From NCBI GenBank assembly GCA_963804955.1, contig CAWDSQ010000025.1, positions 20,497-84,496 on the forward strand: a stretch of 64,000 nucleotides of DNA. Direction: 5' to 3'. A program made the position numbers and the translations under genes. Origin of the DNA: an uncultured delta proteobacterium (GTDB lineage Bacteria > Desulfobacterota > WTBG01 > CAIYCZ01 > CAIRTM01). Positions 63,228 to 64,000 of this stretch are shown here, piece after piece. The notes beneath the pieces were generated by a model, which saw only the letters and a program-made list of their open reading frames with translations, ran no database searches and was not told the origin of the DNA. Position 1 is the first letter of the stretch, and every line of letters begins with the position of its first letter.

Positions 63228-63871
63228 TCAGGTCGAGCAGCTCGTGTATATCCTGAAGTTGCGAATATAGTCGCGCACGCTGTCCGGCACCATGCCGTCG
63301 ATGGTCTGGCCTGCGCGGACGCGGGCACGGATATCGGTTGATGATATAGACAGGGCCGGCATTTCGTTCACCAGCACATACGGCCTGAACTCAGGCGGCA
63401 CTTGCTGCAGAAGTGAGTCCATGTACTGCCCCGGCCGCGTCGTGGCGATAAAGCTGCACAGGCCCGGATACATGCGCGACTTTTCCGTATCAGTCATGGT
63501 CAGCAGGGTATCAAGGCCGATGATGAAATGGTACGAGCAGCCCGGCCCGTGCAGTTTCTTGAGCTCCTCGACGGTGGTGCCGGCATGCCAGGGGCATTCC
63601 TCCCTGCCCTCGATGCCCGATGTTTCAAAGAAGGGCATGCCGCTGATGGCAAGCTCGACCATGCGCAGGCGGTGCATAAACGGGGCAAGATCCGACCGCG
63701 CTTGTGCGGCGGGCAGTAGGCAGGCACGAAGATGACCCGGGCAAGGGAAAACGCATCCAGCGCGCCCCCGGCGATCCTCAGATGCCCCCGGTGCACGGGG
63801 TCGAAGCTGCCGCCGATAATGCCGATGCGTGAACCTTCCGAAACGCAGTTGTTGAATGCTTCACCTGCCAT
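63228..63871 (-). CDS. nadD: Nicotinate-nucleotide adenylyltransferase (frameshift near 63690)
   Basis: [28 protein letters not shown]. Confidence 0.9.
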
Positions 63872-64000
63872 GCTCCTGTATATAGCATTCCAGAATATGG
63901 CGCGTAAAGCGCTATCACCGGCTTCATTTTAAAAAGGGTGTGTTGATCCCCTCCTTTTGCAAAGGAGGGTTAGGGTGGAGTTTCTGTCGTCTTTCGTATG

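Overview
A mostly housekeeping 64-kb segment from an anaerobic bacterium, probably Desulfobacterota/deltaproteobacterial (inferred from gene order and content). It carries tex, two Hsp20 genes, htpG, selA with tRNA-Sec, gap-pgk-tpiA-secG-tRNA-Leu, an ECF sigma operon, aro genes, rib/nusB/nrdR, a fab cluster, mqnB/mqnD, nadD and two toxin-antitoxin pairs. About 15 genes, including essential ones, carry 1-nt frameshifts, most likely long-read indel errors. Main leads: (1) a GEMM-I riboswitch with A at the ligand-specifying position 20 (candidate 3',3'-cGAMP sensor) and its own terminator, upstream of two tandem secreted proteins with shared N- and C-termini but unrelated middles, all between two tRNA genes; (2) a fab operon lacking plsX and fabD, with an acyl-CoA dehydrogenase in the fabD position; (3) a shikimate kinase-ThiF/MoeB fusion; (4) a truncated PorB-like protein without the TPP motif; (5) nested intergenic elements (heptamer inverted arrays containing TA-flanked TIR elements containing REP palindromes); (6) an insertion splitting ribD from ribE, with a stand-alone E2 acyltransferase, a thioester reductase and an attC-like remnant. 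All calls come from motif recognition by eye; no searches were run.
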